IMG/VR virus record: IMGVR_UViG_3300032315_001604
Span: 96,001-160,000 of that record
Strand: one strand, 5' to 3'
DNA length: 64,000 nucleotides
DNA from: a virus
A program made the translations under genes and the position numbers. Each line of letters starts with the position of its first letter. Position 1 is the first letter of the stretch. Positions 10,115-20,010 of the stretch are shown here, one piece after another. The notes beneath the pieces are model-generated. The model worked only from the letters and a program-made list of their open reading frames with translations, had not been told where the DNA came from and did not search any database.

Positions 10115-10820
10115 TCAAATGTTGTTTGAGAGCAGATATTTTATTATTTTTTAAATAACTATTATAAGTTTCTGACATTAACATAAGTTCGGCTTGATAT
10201 TTAATATGTGTCTCGTTAATGTGTTTTTCTTTTTTAATTCTGTTTCTAAATGCATTAAAAGCAATTCTAGTAAAATATGAAAAGGGGTTTGTACCTTTTT
10301 CTCTATCATATTTTTTAGACATAAGAGCTTTAAACATTCTAATTAAAGCATCCCCTACCATATCTTCTCTATATGTATAGTTAATAAAATTGGGAGCATA
10401 ACTTAATTTATGTGCAATTTTATTAACCATTTCTGCTAAGTCGTTGCTTAAAACACCTGTTTCGTAATATACCACAATTTCTTCATCAAATTTTTTTGGT
10501 TCTACATAAAATTTGGTTTTGTCTACTTTTGGACCTTTCTTTTTAACAGGTTTTTCTTCTTCTAATTCTTCTTCTACTTCTTCTTCTAATTCGGCATCTT
10601 CTTCTAATTCGGCATCAGTATCATCTTCTTCTAAATCTAATAACTCTTCCTCGTTTTCTATTTCTAGCTCATCATCGATGATTTCACTCTTAATTTTTTT
10701 CGGTATTTTATTTTTTACTTTTTTAACAGCTTTCGTTTTAACTGTTTTTTTCTTTGGTTTTTTATTTTTAACAGCTTTCGTTTTAACTGTTTTATTTTTA
10801 TGTAATTTCTTTTTCTTCAT
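10107..10820 (-). CDS. gp55: late-transcription sigma factor with Lys-rich and acidic N-terminal extension
   Basis: LSYAPNFINYTYREDMVGDA...NPFSYFTRIAFNAFRNRIKKEK, the gp55 core; next to gp47 as in T4-like phages. Confidence 0.9.
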   Translation of the reverse strand: MKKKKLHKNKTVKTKAVKNKKPKKKTVKTKAVKKVKNKIPKKIKSEIIDDELEIENEEELLDLEEDDTDAELEEDAELEEEVEEELEEEKPVKKKGPKVDKTKFYVEPKKFDEEIVVYYETGVLSNDLAEMVNKIAHKLSYAPNFINYTYREDMVGDALIRMFKALMSKKYDREKGTNPFSYFTRIAFNAFRNRIKKEKHINETHIKYQAELMLMSETYNSYLKNNKISALKQHLND

Positions 10821-12225
10821 AATTAAAATTTTCTGATGTGTAAAGTTTTTTTCTTTCGCTTACATGGATTTTACCATACTTTGTGTTATCTGCAACATCG
10901 AATATATTAGCCATACTTTTAGTAGGGTGTAATCTTAAAGCTCTACCAATAGATTGCATAATTTTAATCTTGGCTTTACCAGCAGATGCAAAAATTATAT
11001 TATGTAAATTTGGTATATTAATACCTGTACTAAAAATTTTAGAAATGGCTACAACAATTACATCATTTCTACCATCCATTAGTTTTCTAATTCTTTCGCG
11101 TTCTTCCATTTCAGTTAAACCTCTAATAAAATAGATTGGACGATTTTCATCACATATGTTTTTTAATTTGCTTTCGACAACAATTCCATGTTCAATTCTA
11201 TCTACCATTATTAATGTGTTTTGATTTAATTTATTGGCTAGATTACAAATAATTTCATTTCTTCTCTCATTTTGCATTAAAAAATCTATTTCTTGCTGAT
11301 ATGCTTCAGCAGGTTTTGTTAAATTTACAGAAATATGTGGTATTTTTTGGTGTTTTAAATTTAAAATTATTATTCTAAAATCTGATACATATTTTTTGTT
11401 TTTTAAGTCTTCTGTTTTTTCTTGATATACTACTGGTCCTAGTTTTCCAATTATGTTCCATTGGTCAATTAAATTAGGTGGCATTGTTCCTGTAAAACCA
11501 AACTTAAAATTAGTTTTTATGAACTTTAAAATTTTATTAATTTCATTGTTCTTTTTAAGAACATGTGTTTCATCGACAATTAATATTTCGACATCATCTA
11601 AAATAGAAAGATCGGTTTTATTACTTAACAGAATTTGATTTCCTGCGATAATAGTTGTCGCATTAAAATCAGGTTTATTGTCTCCAGACCATTTTGTTAG
11701 CTTTTTTAAGCCGTACTCTTGAAAATCTTTATATGTTTGTTCAACTAACTGTAAGCTAGGTACTATAACCACGGCTAATGCATCAGGTTTATTCAAATTT
11801 AATCTGATACTTTCAATTAATCCAGCAATAGCCAGTGTTTTTCCTCCTGCTGTAGGAATTAAAACCACTCCTTTGCCCTTCTTGAGGGAATTAAAAATTG
11901 ATTTTTCTTGATGTTCTCTGTATGGTAAATCTTTATATTTAACTATTTGGGGGTTTTGAAAACCGTTGTTAAAATCTGCTTCTACATCGCTTTCTACTTT
12001 AAAATTAATAGAGTGCTCTATCAAATATGTTTTAATATGATCTAATAATCCCAATTCAAATTTTCCTGATGGTGTTAATGCGTATATTCTAGCTTGAGAA
12101 AATCTTTGATTTCTTTGAAATGCGGGATTTGCCACTGAAAAATATTCTCTTATAGTTAAAAGAAAACTATTATCGCAACATATTTGCAATTGTTGTTTGT
12201 TGGCAGTATATCTAATTTCTATCAT
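10798..12225 (-). CDS. uvsW: SF2 DNA helicase UvsW
   Basis: PTAGGKT, VDETH, GFTGT, STGINIPNL, QSIGRALR; start placed at MIEIRY (12225). Confidence 0.92.
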   Translation of the reverse strand: MIEIRYTANKQQLQICCDNSFLLTIREYFSVANPAFQRNQRFSQARIYALTPSGKFELGLLDHIKTYLIEHSINFKVESDVEADFNNGFQNPQIVKYKDLPYREHQEKSIFNSLKKGKGVVLIPTAGGKTLAIAGLIESIRLNLNKPDALAVVIVPSLQLVEQTYKDFQEYGLKKLTKWSGDNKPDFNATTIIAGNQILLSNKTDLSILDDVEILIVDETHVLKKNNEINKILKFIKTNFKFGFTGTMPPNLIDQWNIIGKLGPVVYQEKTEDLKNKKYVSDFRIIILNLKHQKIPHISVNLTKPAEAYQQEIDFLMQNERRNEIICNLANKLNQNTLIMVDRIEHGIVVESKLKNICDENRPIYFIRGLTEMEERERIRKLMDGRNDVIVVAISKIFSTGINIPNLHNIIFASAGKAKIKIMQSIGRALRLHPTKSMANIFDVADNTKYGKIHVSERKKLYTSENFNYEEKEIT

Positions 12226-12229
12226 TATA

Positions 12230-12628
12230 TTAAGTCGTTTCCAACTTTTCGAGTTCAACTGCATTTTTGATATCAAAAGTCATAGAACGACATATAGATT
12301 CTACTTTTTCTAAATAATCTATAATTAAATCTACTTCTTCGATTTCTTGATCGATTTTTTTAATAATATCTGATGATTCAACTTTTTTATCCAATGAAGC
12401 CTTTGGTATATTCATTGGTATGTCTTTGTCTGCTAAAGTCTTTAAAACTTCTTCTTTTAAAGATTTTTTCTTTTTTTGAAGAAAATTTTTATTTCTTTTT
12501 TGTTCAATTAGTCTAGAAACCCACTTGTGTTTGATTGCTGGTAAGACTAATTGTTTTTCTAACAAAGAAATTCTATCCAATTTTAGATCATCTTGAATTT
12601 CTTTTTTAATTTTATCAAAAAATTCCAT
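12230..12628 (-). CDS. uvsY: recombination mediator UvsY-like
   Basis: Helical 132-aa protein (DLKLDRISL...KHKW...YLEKVE...FDIKNAVELEKL) adjacent to uvsW. Confidence 0.7.
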   Translation of the reverse strand: MEFFDKIKKEIQDDLKLDRISLLEKQLVLPAIKHKWVSRLIEQKRNKNFLQKKKKSLKEEVLKTLADKDIPMNIPKASLDKKVESSDIIKKIDQEIEEVDLIIDYLEKVESICRSMTFDIKNAVELEKLETT

Positions 12629-12655
12629 AAGTATATAAAGAATAAATTATATCAT

Positions 12656-12916
12656 ATGTTTAATAAATTTCAAATTTTAGTTAACACTCTTTTAGAAAAC
12701 AATACAGCAGGATCTGGCGGTGCTTTAGGAACGCCACAACAAGCTATATTTAACCCACCAGTTAGCATATCATCTGCTGATACATATGCACAAGAGGATG
12801 CCCGTAATGTTATGGGTGGTGTTTTCCCCTTACAAGGTAAGAAAAAGGGTAAGAAAAAGTCTAAAAAACAAAAACCTTTAGTAATTAAAAGAAACTTACA
12901 AAGAAATTCTTTATAA
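12656..12916 (+). CDS. small basic protein, candidate internal head protein
   Basis: MFNKFQILVNTLLE N-terminus and Lys-rich C-terminus; start placed at ATG 12656. Confidence 0.55.
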   Translation: MFNKFQILVNTLLENNTAGSGGALGTPQQAIFNPPVSISSADTYAQEDARNVMGGVFPLQGKKKGKKKSKKQKPLVIKRNLQRNSL

Positions 12917-13353
12917 TGGATTACGGACATTGGATTTTGGAAGAAAATATAGAAATCACAGAGGATACCTTTGGTTTTTTGTATGAAATAACCAATAAAA
13001 TAACCAATAAAAAATATATTGGCAAAAAACAGTGTTTTATGAGAATAAAACGTAAACCTTTAAAGGGTTATAAAAGAAACAGAATATCAAAATCTGAATC
13101 TGATTGGAAGGCTTATACAAGTTCTTCAAAAGAGTTAAACGAAGATATTAAAAAATACGGAAAAGATAACTTTCAATTCAAAATTATTAAAACTTGTAAT
13201 TCAAAATGGTCTTTAGCTTATTATGAAATAAAAGAACAAATTGATAAGAATGTACTTTTAAGAGACGATTATTATAATGGTATAATAAATGTTAGAATAG
13301 GTACACCTCCTAAAGAAGAGTTAGATAAGTTTAAAAAAGAAGTAATTATATAA
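12916..13353 (+). CDS. GIY-YIG (Seg-like) endonuclease
   Basis: GFLYEITNKITNKKYIGKKQ...Y...SS...YYN motif set. Confidence 0.8.
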   Translation: MDYGHWILEENIEITEDTFGFLYEITNKITNKKYIGKKQCFMRIKRKPLKGYKRNRISKSESDWKAYTSSSKELNEDIKKYGKDNFQFKIIKTCNSKWSLAYYEIKEQIDKNVLLRDDYYNGIINVRIGTPPKEELDKFKKEVII

Positions 13354-13354
13354 T

Positions 13355-13897
13355 ATGAGTTGTATATACTGTGATTCTAAAACTTATGGAAGACCTTGTT
13401 TGTTTTCTCCGACAAATACCCATGTTCATATGGACGAACCAAATCGTTGTATATATTGTGGTTCAAAGTATTTGGGATCAGGTTGTTTATTCAATCCTTA
13501 TGGTAAAATGCATGTAAGAGGACCAGAATTTTTAAATAGAGTTGTCGAGCAAACTCAAAAGTCTACAGTTTTAAAGTATTTGTATGAGACAGTAAAAGGA
13601 ACGATTGATATTAAATTCTTATCTCCTTTAGGGCGTTTTTATAAAAGATTATCAGAAATTATTGCAAATTCTGGTGAACCTTTACTTGAATCTTTTGAAC
13701 TACAAAGTAAACCAACTCTAAATAATTTGTCAAAAGAACAATTTGTTCAAGCTATGGAATTTAAAGATAGATTAAACGAACAATATAAAGAATTGACCAA
13801 CACTGTAAAATTGGCAAATTTGGCTTTACCTCAAGAAATTGTAGAAGAAATTTTAATTGATGCTATTATTAAAGATAGCAAAAATGATAAAGCATAA
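13355..13897 (+). CDS. hypothetical protein with two tandem CIYC-x8-C-x7-H zinc-finger-like repeats
   Basis: SCIYCDSKTYGRPCLFSPTNTHVH and RCIYCGSKYLGSGCLFNPYGKMHVR. Confidence 0.6.
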   Translation: MSCIYCDSKTYGRPCLFSPTNTHVHMDEPNRCIYCGSKYLGSGCLFNPYGKMHVRGPEFLNRVVEQTQKSTVLKYLYETVKGTIDIKFLSPLGRFYKRLSEIIANSGEPLLESFELQSKPTLNNLSKEQFVQAMEFKDRLNEQYKELTNTVKLANLALPQEIVEEILIDAIIKDSKNDKA

Positions 13898-14378
13898 AAA
13901 GTATTTTTTTTATTATCTAAAAGAAAACATTTTAATATTTGATGTTTCTTGTTATATAGATGAACTAGCTGTTCATGTTATTGATTTTTTTTACGAATGG
14001 GATTTATTAAAAAATAAAGACGATCAGACAATTATTAATAATAATCCAAAATTAGTTAAAGAACTATTAGAAACAAAAATTAAAAAAGAATTGGAAGATT
14101 TTAAAAAAACTGCTTACGAGAATAATTGTAAATTATTGTCATTTTTTTCTCTTAATGCAGAACCCAATGAATGGAAAAATTATTTTTTAGATCCTTTAAA
14201 GTTTATAAAAGTTAGTAAAAGAATTTGTAAAAAAAATTTACCTAATTTTTATGAAGCAAATATAAATCAAAATCTTTTTACAAAGAGAAAAGGTTCTTTT
14301 TTAGATTTTTCGTGTATCGTACCTAGTGGAGAAGATGAAGAGTTTATTTTAAAAGCTCTTGACAAATTAAAAAAATAA
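13884..14378 (+). CDS. hypothetical protein
   Basis: 165-codon ORF overlapping the previous stop. Confidence 0.5.
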   Translation: MIKHKKYFFYYLKENILIFDVSCYIDELAVHVIDFFYEWDLLKNKDDQTIINNNPKLVKELLETKIKKELEDFKKTAYENNCKLLSFFSLNAEPNEWKNYFLDPLKFIKVSKRICKKNLPNFYEANINQNLFTKRKGSFLDFSCIVPSGEDEEFILKALDKLKK

Positions 14379-14424
14379 AATAATTAGCATTAGAAAAATA
14401 ATGCAAAGAGTTTAATTTTTTTAC

Positions 14425-14452
14425 TTGACATATTTTTAAAGCTTGGTATAAT
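14425..14452 (+). promoter_or_regulatory. consensus sigma70 promoter with no sense gene downstream
   Basis: TTGACA (14425-30), 16-nt spacer ending TGG, TATAAT (14447-52). Confidence 0.65.
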
Positions 14453-14473
14453 TTTTTTAGGTAAACAGATTTA

Positions 14474-14728
14474 TTATTGTTTATTTAAATTTGATAATTC
14501 TTTCAAAGCATCTTCAAAGGATAATGATTTAACTGAAGGTTTTGGAATATTTTGATTATTTGTAGGAGAATCTTTACCGATTATTTCTTTCATTTTAGAA
14601 AAAACGTCAATTTCTAATTTATTGATAGTAGAATCTCTGGTTTGTATAGAAGGAAAATGTCCACCAACAGATAATGTACTAACTGGAGATTTTTTTACTC
14701 TATTAGCGTATATTTCAGATAAATCCAT
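14474..14728 (-). CDS. hypothetical protein at end of lysis operon
   Basis: Start placed at MDLSEIY (14728), 3 nt after the endolysin stop. Confidence 0.5.
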   Translation of the reverse strand: MDLSEIYANRVKKSPVSTLSVGGHFPSIQTRDSTINKLEIDVFSKMKEIIGKDSPTNNQNIPKPSVKSLSFEDALKELSNLNKQ

Positions 14729-14730
14729 TT

Positions 14731-15204
14731 TTATAAGAGAGCAGCTTGAAAATGCATCCAATCGTAATTTTTTACTCTTCCAAGACTGACCCAACCTTCA
14801 CTTTCTACAATTTTCCAAAAGCTATCGTATTCTTTTTTTGCAAGAGAAGCTCTATCTCTGCCCCATTTAAGACGGTTTCTATCAGGATCTAAATCTACAG
14901 CAGCACCCCAAGAATGTATTGACCAAGCAGAACCACCACGCATTTTACGAACATTCACACATCCACCAAAGCTATTCAATTTAAGTTTTTGAATGTCTTT
15001 TAAACCATATGTTTTAAGAGTTTGCTCAAAAATTTTATGTAAAGATTCTGCACATTTCTTATTACAAGAAATTTTTTTAACTTTTGCTTTTTCATCCCAT
15101 GCCAAATACATTTCATATGGAAGTTGTATTTGTGTCATGTTTTCTCCAACAGGACCATAAAAAGCCGTCATCGATGTAAAATTTTGCTTTGGCCAGTTAT
15201 TCAT
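14731..15204 (-). CDS. endolysin, peptidase M15 (L-Ala-D-Glu endopeptidase-like)
   Basis: GGCVNVR...SIHSWGAAVDLD...DWMHFQ, i.e. the SxHxxGxAxD and DxxH zinc ligands. Confidence 0.88.
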   Translation of the reverse strand: MNNWPKQNFTSMTAFYGPVGENMTQIQLPYEMYLAWDEKAKVKKISCNKKCAESLHKIFEQTLKTYGLKDIQKLKLNSFGGCVNVRKMRGGSAWSIHSWGAAVDLDPDRNRLKWGRDRASLAKKEYDSFWKIVESEGWVSLGRVKNYDWMHFQAALL

Positions 15205-15667
15205 AAGGTTGTTCCTCCACCCATTCTAAAGGAGCATAAGAAGGATCATCTTTATACTTTTCCGCATAAATTTGAATAATAGTTTCTTGTACTTCTTCTT
15301 TTGCATAGATAATTTCTCCCTTTAAAGAAGTATTAGATTCTGAATTGTATTTAAAATCTATTGCTGCTTGTAATCCAAGATAAGCAGAAATAACGATTGC
15401 AAACACTTTAATTGTTTCTACAAATATTGTAACAAAAGGCATAGTGATGGATGGTGCAGGAACTGTTAAAAACAAAATAAAAACGCTAATACCATAAAAA
15501 CCAAGTAACATTAAAATTGAAGTAAAAACTATAAAAAATTTTTTACTTCTTAAAAAATTAATAGATTTCATCTCATCGACATATTGTGGTGGAGTATTTG
15601 GTGGAGCTTTATCACAACTCACCATTGCTGCCAGAGATTTACCTATAACTGAAAGCCTATTCCACAT
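15197..15667 (-). CDS. two-TM membrane protein, holin/antiholin candidate
   Basis: Two hydrophobic segments (FFIVFTSILMLLGFYGISVFILF; FVTIFVETIKVFAIVISAYLGL) directly upstream of the endolysin; start placed at MWNRL. Confidence 0.55.
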   Translation of the reverse strand: MWNRLSVIGKSLAAMVSCDKAPPNTPPQYVDEMKSINFLRSKKFFIVFTSILMLLGFYGISVFILFLTVPAPSITMPFVTIFVETIKVFAIVISAYLGLQAAIDFKYNSESNTSLKGEIIYAKEEVQETIIQIYAEKYKDDPSYAPLEWVEEQPYE

Positions 15668-15668
15668 A

Positions 15669-16208
15669 TTAGAAAAATAACCAAACACCGCCAAATGCCA
15701 TAATTGCTCCAGCAATAGGCAATGCAAATGCATATGCGGCATATACAGGAGGAACTAGTCTCATACAATACATTCCGAGCATAGCACCAAAAAGAGCAGC
15801 AACGATGGCTGCTATGTTTTTAAGTCTATGATAGCGTTTTATTGTTTTAGTATACTTCTCCATCCACTCAAATGCTTGATTTTGTTGTTCTATACCCCAA
15901 TCTTTTAATGCATCTGCGTTTTTTTGAATTTGTTGTGTATTAACTTCTGCTTCTTTCACTTTATTATTGGCAGCTACTAATTTGTTTTTTAATTCAGAAT
16001 TTGTTTTTTTTGCTGAACTAAGCTCATTGTTAAGTTCTTTAATAACAGATTTTGCTTCTTGTAAAGGATTATTTGATGATGACGAAACCGTTTTCGTGAT
16101 CATAACAGGAGTTGGACTTGGTTTTGATTTTGGTTTTGGTTTCCAAAATTGACCAAAACTGGTTGTACTAATGGTAATAAGAATTATAAAAGGTAATAAT
16201 GTTTTCAT
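15669..16208 (-). CDS. signal-peptide, coiled-coil, C-terminally membrane-anchored protein (spanin-like)
   Basis: N-terminal hydrophobic signal, long heptad region, two C-terminal hydrophobic helices; in lysis cluster. Confidence 0.5.
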   Translation of the reverse strand: MKTLLPFIILITISTTSFGQFWKPKPKSKPSPTPVMITKTVSSSSNNPLQEAKSVIKELNNELSSAKKTNSELKNKLVAANNKVKEAEVNTQQIQKNADALKDWGIEQQNQAFEWMEKYTKTIKRYHRLKNIAAIVAALFGAMLGMYCMRLVPPVYAAYAFALPIAGAIMAFGGVWLFF

Positions 16209-16474
16209 TTTACTATATTTTTATTTGATGTATTGCTTTGTTCTTTTTCAATTTGTTCTAAAAGAATATCTAAACGTTGTGCTAAACTTAAAGCTTTATC
16301 GATATTTGCAGCAACTTTTGTATTCGCCTCACCTGCTTGTTGTAATTCAGTTTTAGTATCTTTTAAAGATACAATAAGTTGATCAGTTGATACTGATGGC
16401 GGTAACGTTTTCTTTTTTTCTATATTTGCACATCCAACAAATAATAAAAATATCAAAGGTAATAAAAATCTCAT
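16205..16474 (-). CDS. lipoprotein, o-spanin candidate
   Basis: MRFLLPLIFLLFVG-C lipobox followed by a short coiled coil. Confidence 0.6.
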   Translation of the reverse strand: MRFLLPLIFLLFVGCANIEKKKTLPPSVSTDQLIVSLKDTKTELQQAGEANTKVAANIDKALSLAQRLDILLEQIEKEQSNTSNKNIVK

Positions 16475-16493
16475 AAAACTATTTATCTTTACA

Positions 16494-17003
16494 TTACCAA
16501 CCTTGCGGTAAGGTAATTGAAATTGTAGGATCTAAATCATTAGAATCTCTTGTGACAATATATTGCCATTTGGTTTCATTGATATCAGATGCTTGTGAAC
16601 TGACCCAATTTGTAATAGAAGGCACAAACACAGGTTCTGTTAATCTTTTATCAGTAAATAAATCAATACCGCAAAATAATGTTCCAGTTAAAGATAATGT
16701 TATAACAGTAGATCCTGTGGTTCTATCACCCCACGGCGTAATATCTGCACCTGTATTTTCTTTATCATAAACTACATAACCAGCCGACAAATAAACTACA
16801 TAATCGTCGTCTGATCTCCAAGTATTAATTCTTGGTCTATCATTCTCGTTGATAATTGGCGAATATGCAGTAACAATTACATTGTTGGTGTTCCAAGAAA
16901 GATTAAAATTTACTTCATTAGGAAAAATTAATTTATCTCCCAAATAAATTTTACCAACCCCTTTATCTCCTACATATGCAGTTAAAATTTTATTTAAAAT
17001 CAT
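16494..17003 (-). CDS. fibre-associated protein; C-terminal domain paralogous to the middle of 44191-45819
   Basis: AYVGDKGVGKIYLGDKLIFP N-terminus; [34 protein letters not shown] shared with 44191-45819. Confidence 0.6.
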   Translation of the reverse strand: MILNKILTAYVGDKGVGKIYLGDKLIFPNEVNFNLSWNTNNVIVTAYSPIINENDRPRINTWRSDDDYVVYLSAGYVVYDKENTGADITPWGDRTTGSTVITLSLTGTLFCGIDLFTDKRLTEPVFVPSITNWVSSQASDINETKWQYIVTRDSNDLDPTISITLPQGW

Positions 17004-19999
17004 ACAATAATATATATTGTTGACGGATCTTTAACTGCTAAACCTGTGTATGTAGCTTCTGAAAGATATACCATATTAACAACAGCACTTGCAGAAGGAG
17101 ATACTGTTGATGGTTTACTAGCTACAACATCATAAATTCTATTACTTGCAGAAATATTTCCATTAACCGTTAATGCTTGAGCAGGAGTTGTTGTGCCAAT
17201 GCCTACGTTTCCTGTGTGATCAATACGCATTCTTTCTACCGATCCTAAACTAGAACCTGTAATTTGAGTTCTAAATGTTATATAAGAACCTTGTGCCGTG
17301 CTTGTATACTTTTCAGCAGCCCACATTTGTATTGCTACTGGAGAATTTTGTGTTGGGTTTATTCCACCATCAAGCATACCCCATGCTCTTATACTCATGA
17401 GAGCATCTCCAGCACTAACTCCAATAGCAGCAGTAGACGCTCCTCTTGATCTTAATGCTTTAATATTGGGAGATCTTTGAACATCCCCTGCATTTCCAGT
17501 ATATCTGCTCATAACCAACATGGTCTTTGCAGGATTAGGCGAATTATCATCAAGAGTTAATCCTAGTGTAAAAGTATCTACAGCAGCATCACCAAGAGCT
17601 ATACTGCTTATAGCAGCACCAAGGGAAGTATTACCCAATACCGTTAAACCATTTGCATTAAAATCTGTTCCAACACCAAGTCTACCTGCAACAAACATAC
17701 CACCAGAAGCAGATACCATGTATTGGCCTGTTCTAGTCGTGGAGACGTTTTGTGTTAATGTGCCTAAATTACCATCAGACCAAGCATAGGTGTAATTTTG
17801 TGCTGCTGTTGCTCTAAATCCTGCTGAGTGTGACGCAATACCTTTAGCTTCAGAAAATCTTCCTTCTGCATGACTATATATTGCAGTAGCTCTTGTTGAA
17901 GCTCCTTCTGCATGTGAAGAGTTACTATTAGCATGTGTATTAACACCCTCACTGTGAGAATATGCACCAGATGCTATAGTCAAATCACCTTCTGCATGAC
18001 TATAAGTTCCAGAAGCTGTTGTACTACCTCCTTCTGCATGACTATAATTTCCAGAAGCTGTTGTACTATAGCCTTCTGCATGACTTGCTTCTCCAGAAGC
18101 TGATGTATTATCACCTTCTGCATGACTTGCGATACTAGAAGCAAATGAATTTCTTCCTTCTGCATGACTTGCTAGGTCAGAAGCTGTTGTACCTTCTCCT
18201 TCGGCATGACTTCCATCACCAGATGCTGTTGTATAACCACCTTCGGCATGACTTGAATATCCAGAAGCTGTTGTACCTTCTCCTTCAGAGTGACTTGCTG
18301 TTCCAGAAGCCACTGTACCAGAACCTTCGGCATGTGAATAATTTCCAAGTACTACAGAATTGATTCCTTCAACATGGTTGAATAAACCATAAGATGCAGT
18401 ACCTGAACCTTCAATAACACTGCCTACTACAAACAAATCAGCATTTGCAGTCAAATTTCCTGTTAAAGTTCCACCACTTAATGGTAAAAAGTTATTTCTT
18501 AAAAAGGTATCAGTAATCCATTCATTAGAATTTGCACTATTAGTATAAAGTATTCCATTTGAACTTATGTTTCCAAAAACTGTTAATTTATTACTTGATA
18601 AACCAACATTATAGCCATCAACACCAATGCCCATGTTTCCTGGAATAAAAACTCCACCAGAAGCAGATATCATATATTGGCCTGTTCTAGTCGTGGAGAC
18701 GTTTTGTGTTAATGTACCCAAATTACCATCTGACCAAGCATATGTATAATTTTGTGCTGCTGTTGCTCTAACTCCTGCTGCATGACTGTAAGATCCGTTA
18801 GCAACAGTTTCTCTACCTTCAGCATGACTTCCAAGTTTAGAAGCTATTGTACTATAACCTTCGGCATGACTTCCAAAGTTTCCAGAAGCTGTTGTATTAA
18901 AACCTTCTGCATGACTTCCAATGTTTCCAGAAGCTATTGTAGCATACCCTTCTGCATGACTATAATTTCCAGAAGCTGTTGTACTATAGCCTTCTGCATG
19001 ACAGAAAGTTCCAGAAGCTGTTGTTTCACCACCTTCAGCATGACTTCCACTTCCAAAAGCTGTTGTAAGATACCCCTCTGCGTGTGCCCCCGCAGCAGAA
19101 TTTGATTCAAAAATAATAAATCCGTTTGATGTATCACTAGAAAATACATCAGATCTTGCTGATATAGCTCCATTAATTGAATTTCTAGAAGCTACAGTAA
19201 ATTCTTGATAAAAATTTAAAAAGGTATTTTTGGCTCTTAATACAGTTCCAGCTGCAAGAGTACTAAACTTAGAACTTAACAAATTAGAAAAAGTAAAAAG
19301 CCTTGTTGAAGCTGTGTATGTTAAAAAATCAATCCTTTGTCCAGTTGCTGTATCATAGCCTTCTGCATGACTATATAACCCTGTAGCAGTTGTGTAGAGT
19401 CCTTCTGCATGACTGTGGAATCCAGATGCAAATGTGGCAGAACCTTCTGCATGACTACCTAAGTTTCCTGCTGCTCTTGTATTTACGCCTTCTGCATGAC
19501 TATAAGTTCCAGAAGCTGTTGTATTATTGCCTTCTGCATGACTTTCATTTCCAGAAGCTGTTGTATTAGATCCTTCTGCATGACTATTAGTTCCTAACGC
19601 TTTTGTACCAGAACCTTCTTCTACTCTTCCAGTAAATTTAACATTTACTGCACTTAAATTAAAATTGACTTTTAAATTGCCTGTTAGAGTTCCACCACTT
19701 AAAGGCAAATAGTTATTCAAAATAGCATTATTTAAATCCGCGAGGTTAGCAATTCTTTGCGTATATGCTGTTACAGGATAAGATAAAGAACTTAATGTAT
19801 AATATTTTGATTGTTCACTGACATGAATTAACATGCCTACTTTCTGTCTATCTAATGGTACGGCTGTTGAAAGATCGACTAAAGTTGAAACAGACATCAA
19901 TCCACCTTTTCCATAGATGTCTTCATGTGTTGGAAATGTTGCATCCGTATCGCCTGGACTGATTTTAGCTGCTAAAATTGTACCTTGTATTTCTGCCAT
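17000..19999 (-). CDS. tail fibre/adhesin with YadA/Hep_Hag-like 14-aa SHAEG repeats
   Basis: Many SHAEGxxTxASGxx repeats, LPLSGGTLTGNL motifs, C-terminal KDPSTIYII. Confidence 0.8.
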   Translation of the reverse strand: MAEIQGTILAAKISPGDTDATFPTHEDIYGKGGLMSVSTLVDLSTAVPLDRQKVGMLIHVSEQSKYYTLSSLSYPVTAYTQRIANLADLNNAILNNYLPLSGGTLTGNLKVNFNLSAVNVKFTGRVEEGSGTKALGTNSHAEGSNTTASGNESHAEGNNTTASGTYSHAEGVNTRAAGNLGSHAEGSATFASGFHSHAEGLYTTATGLYSHAEGYDTATGQRIDFLTYTASTRLFTFSNLLSSKFSTLAAGTVLRAKNTFLNFYQEFTVASRNSINGAISARSDVFSSDTSNGFIIFESNSAAGAHAEGYLTTAFGSGSHAEGGETTASGTFCHAEGYSTTASGNYSHAEGYATIASGNIGSHAEGFNTTASGNFGSHAEGYSTIASKLGSHAEGRETVANGSYSHAAGVRATAAQNYTYAWSDGNLGTLTQNVSTTRTGQYMISASGGVFIPGNMGIGVDGYNVGLSSNKLTVFGNISSNGILYTNSANSNEWITDTFLRNNFLPLSGGTLTGNLTANADLFVVGSVIEGSGTASYGLFNHVEGINSVVLGNYSHAEGSGTVASGTASHSEGEGTTASGYSSHAEGGYTTASGDGSHAEGEGTTASDLASHAEGRNSFASSIASHAEGDNTSASGEASHAEGYSTTASGNYSHAEGGSTTASGTYSHAEGDLTIASGAYSHSEGVNTHANSNSSHAEGASTRATAIYSHAEGRFSEAKGIASHSAGFRATAAQNYTYAWSDGNLGTLTQNVSTTRTGQYMVSASGGMFVAGRLGVGTDFNANGLTVLGNTSLGAAISSIALGDAAVDTFTLGLTLDDNSPNPAKTMLVMSRYTGNAGDVQRSPNIKALRSRGASTAAIGVSAGDALMSIRAWGMLDGGINPTQNSPVAIQMWAAEKYTSTAQGSYITFRTQITGSSLGSVERMRIDHTGNVGIGTTTPAQALTVNGNISASNRIYDVVASKPSTVSPSASAVVNMVYLSEATYTGLAVKDPSTIYIIV

Positions 20000-20010
20000 A
20001 ATGTTATTTA

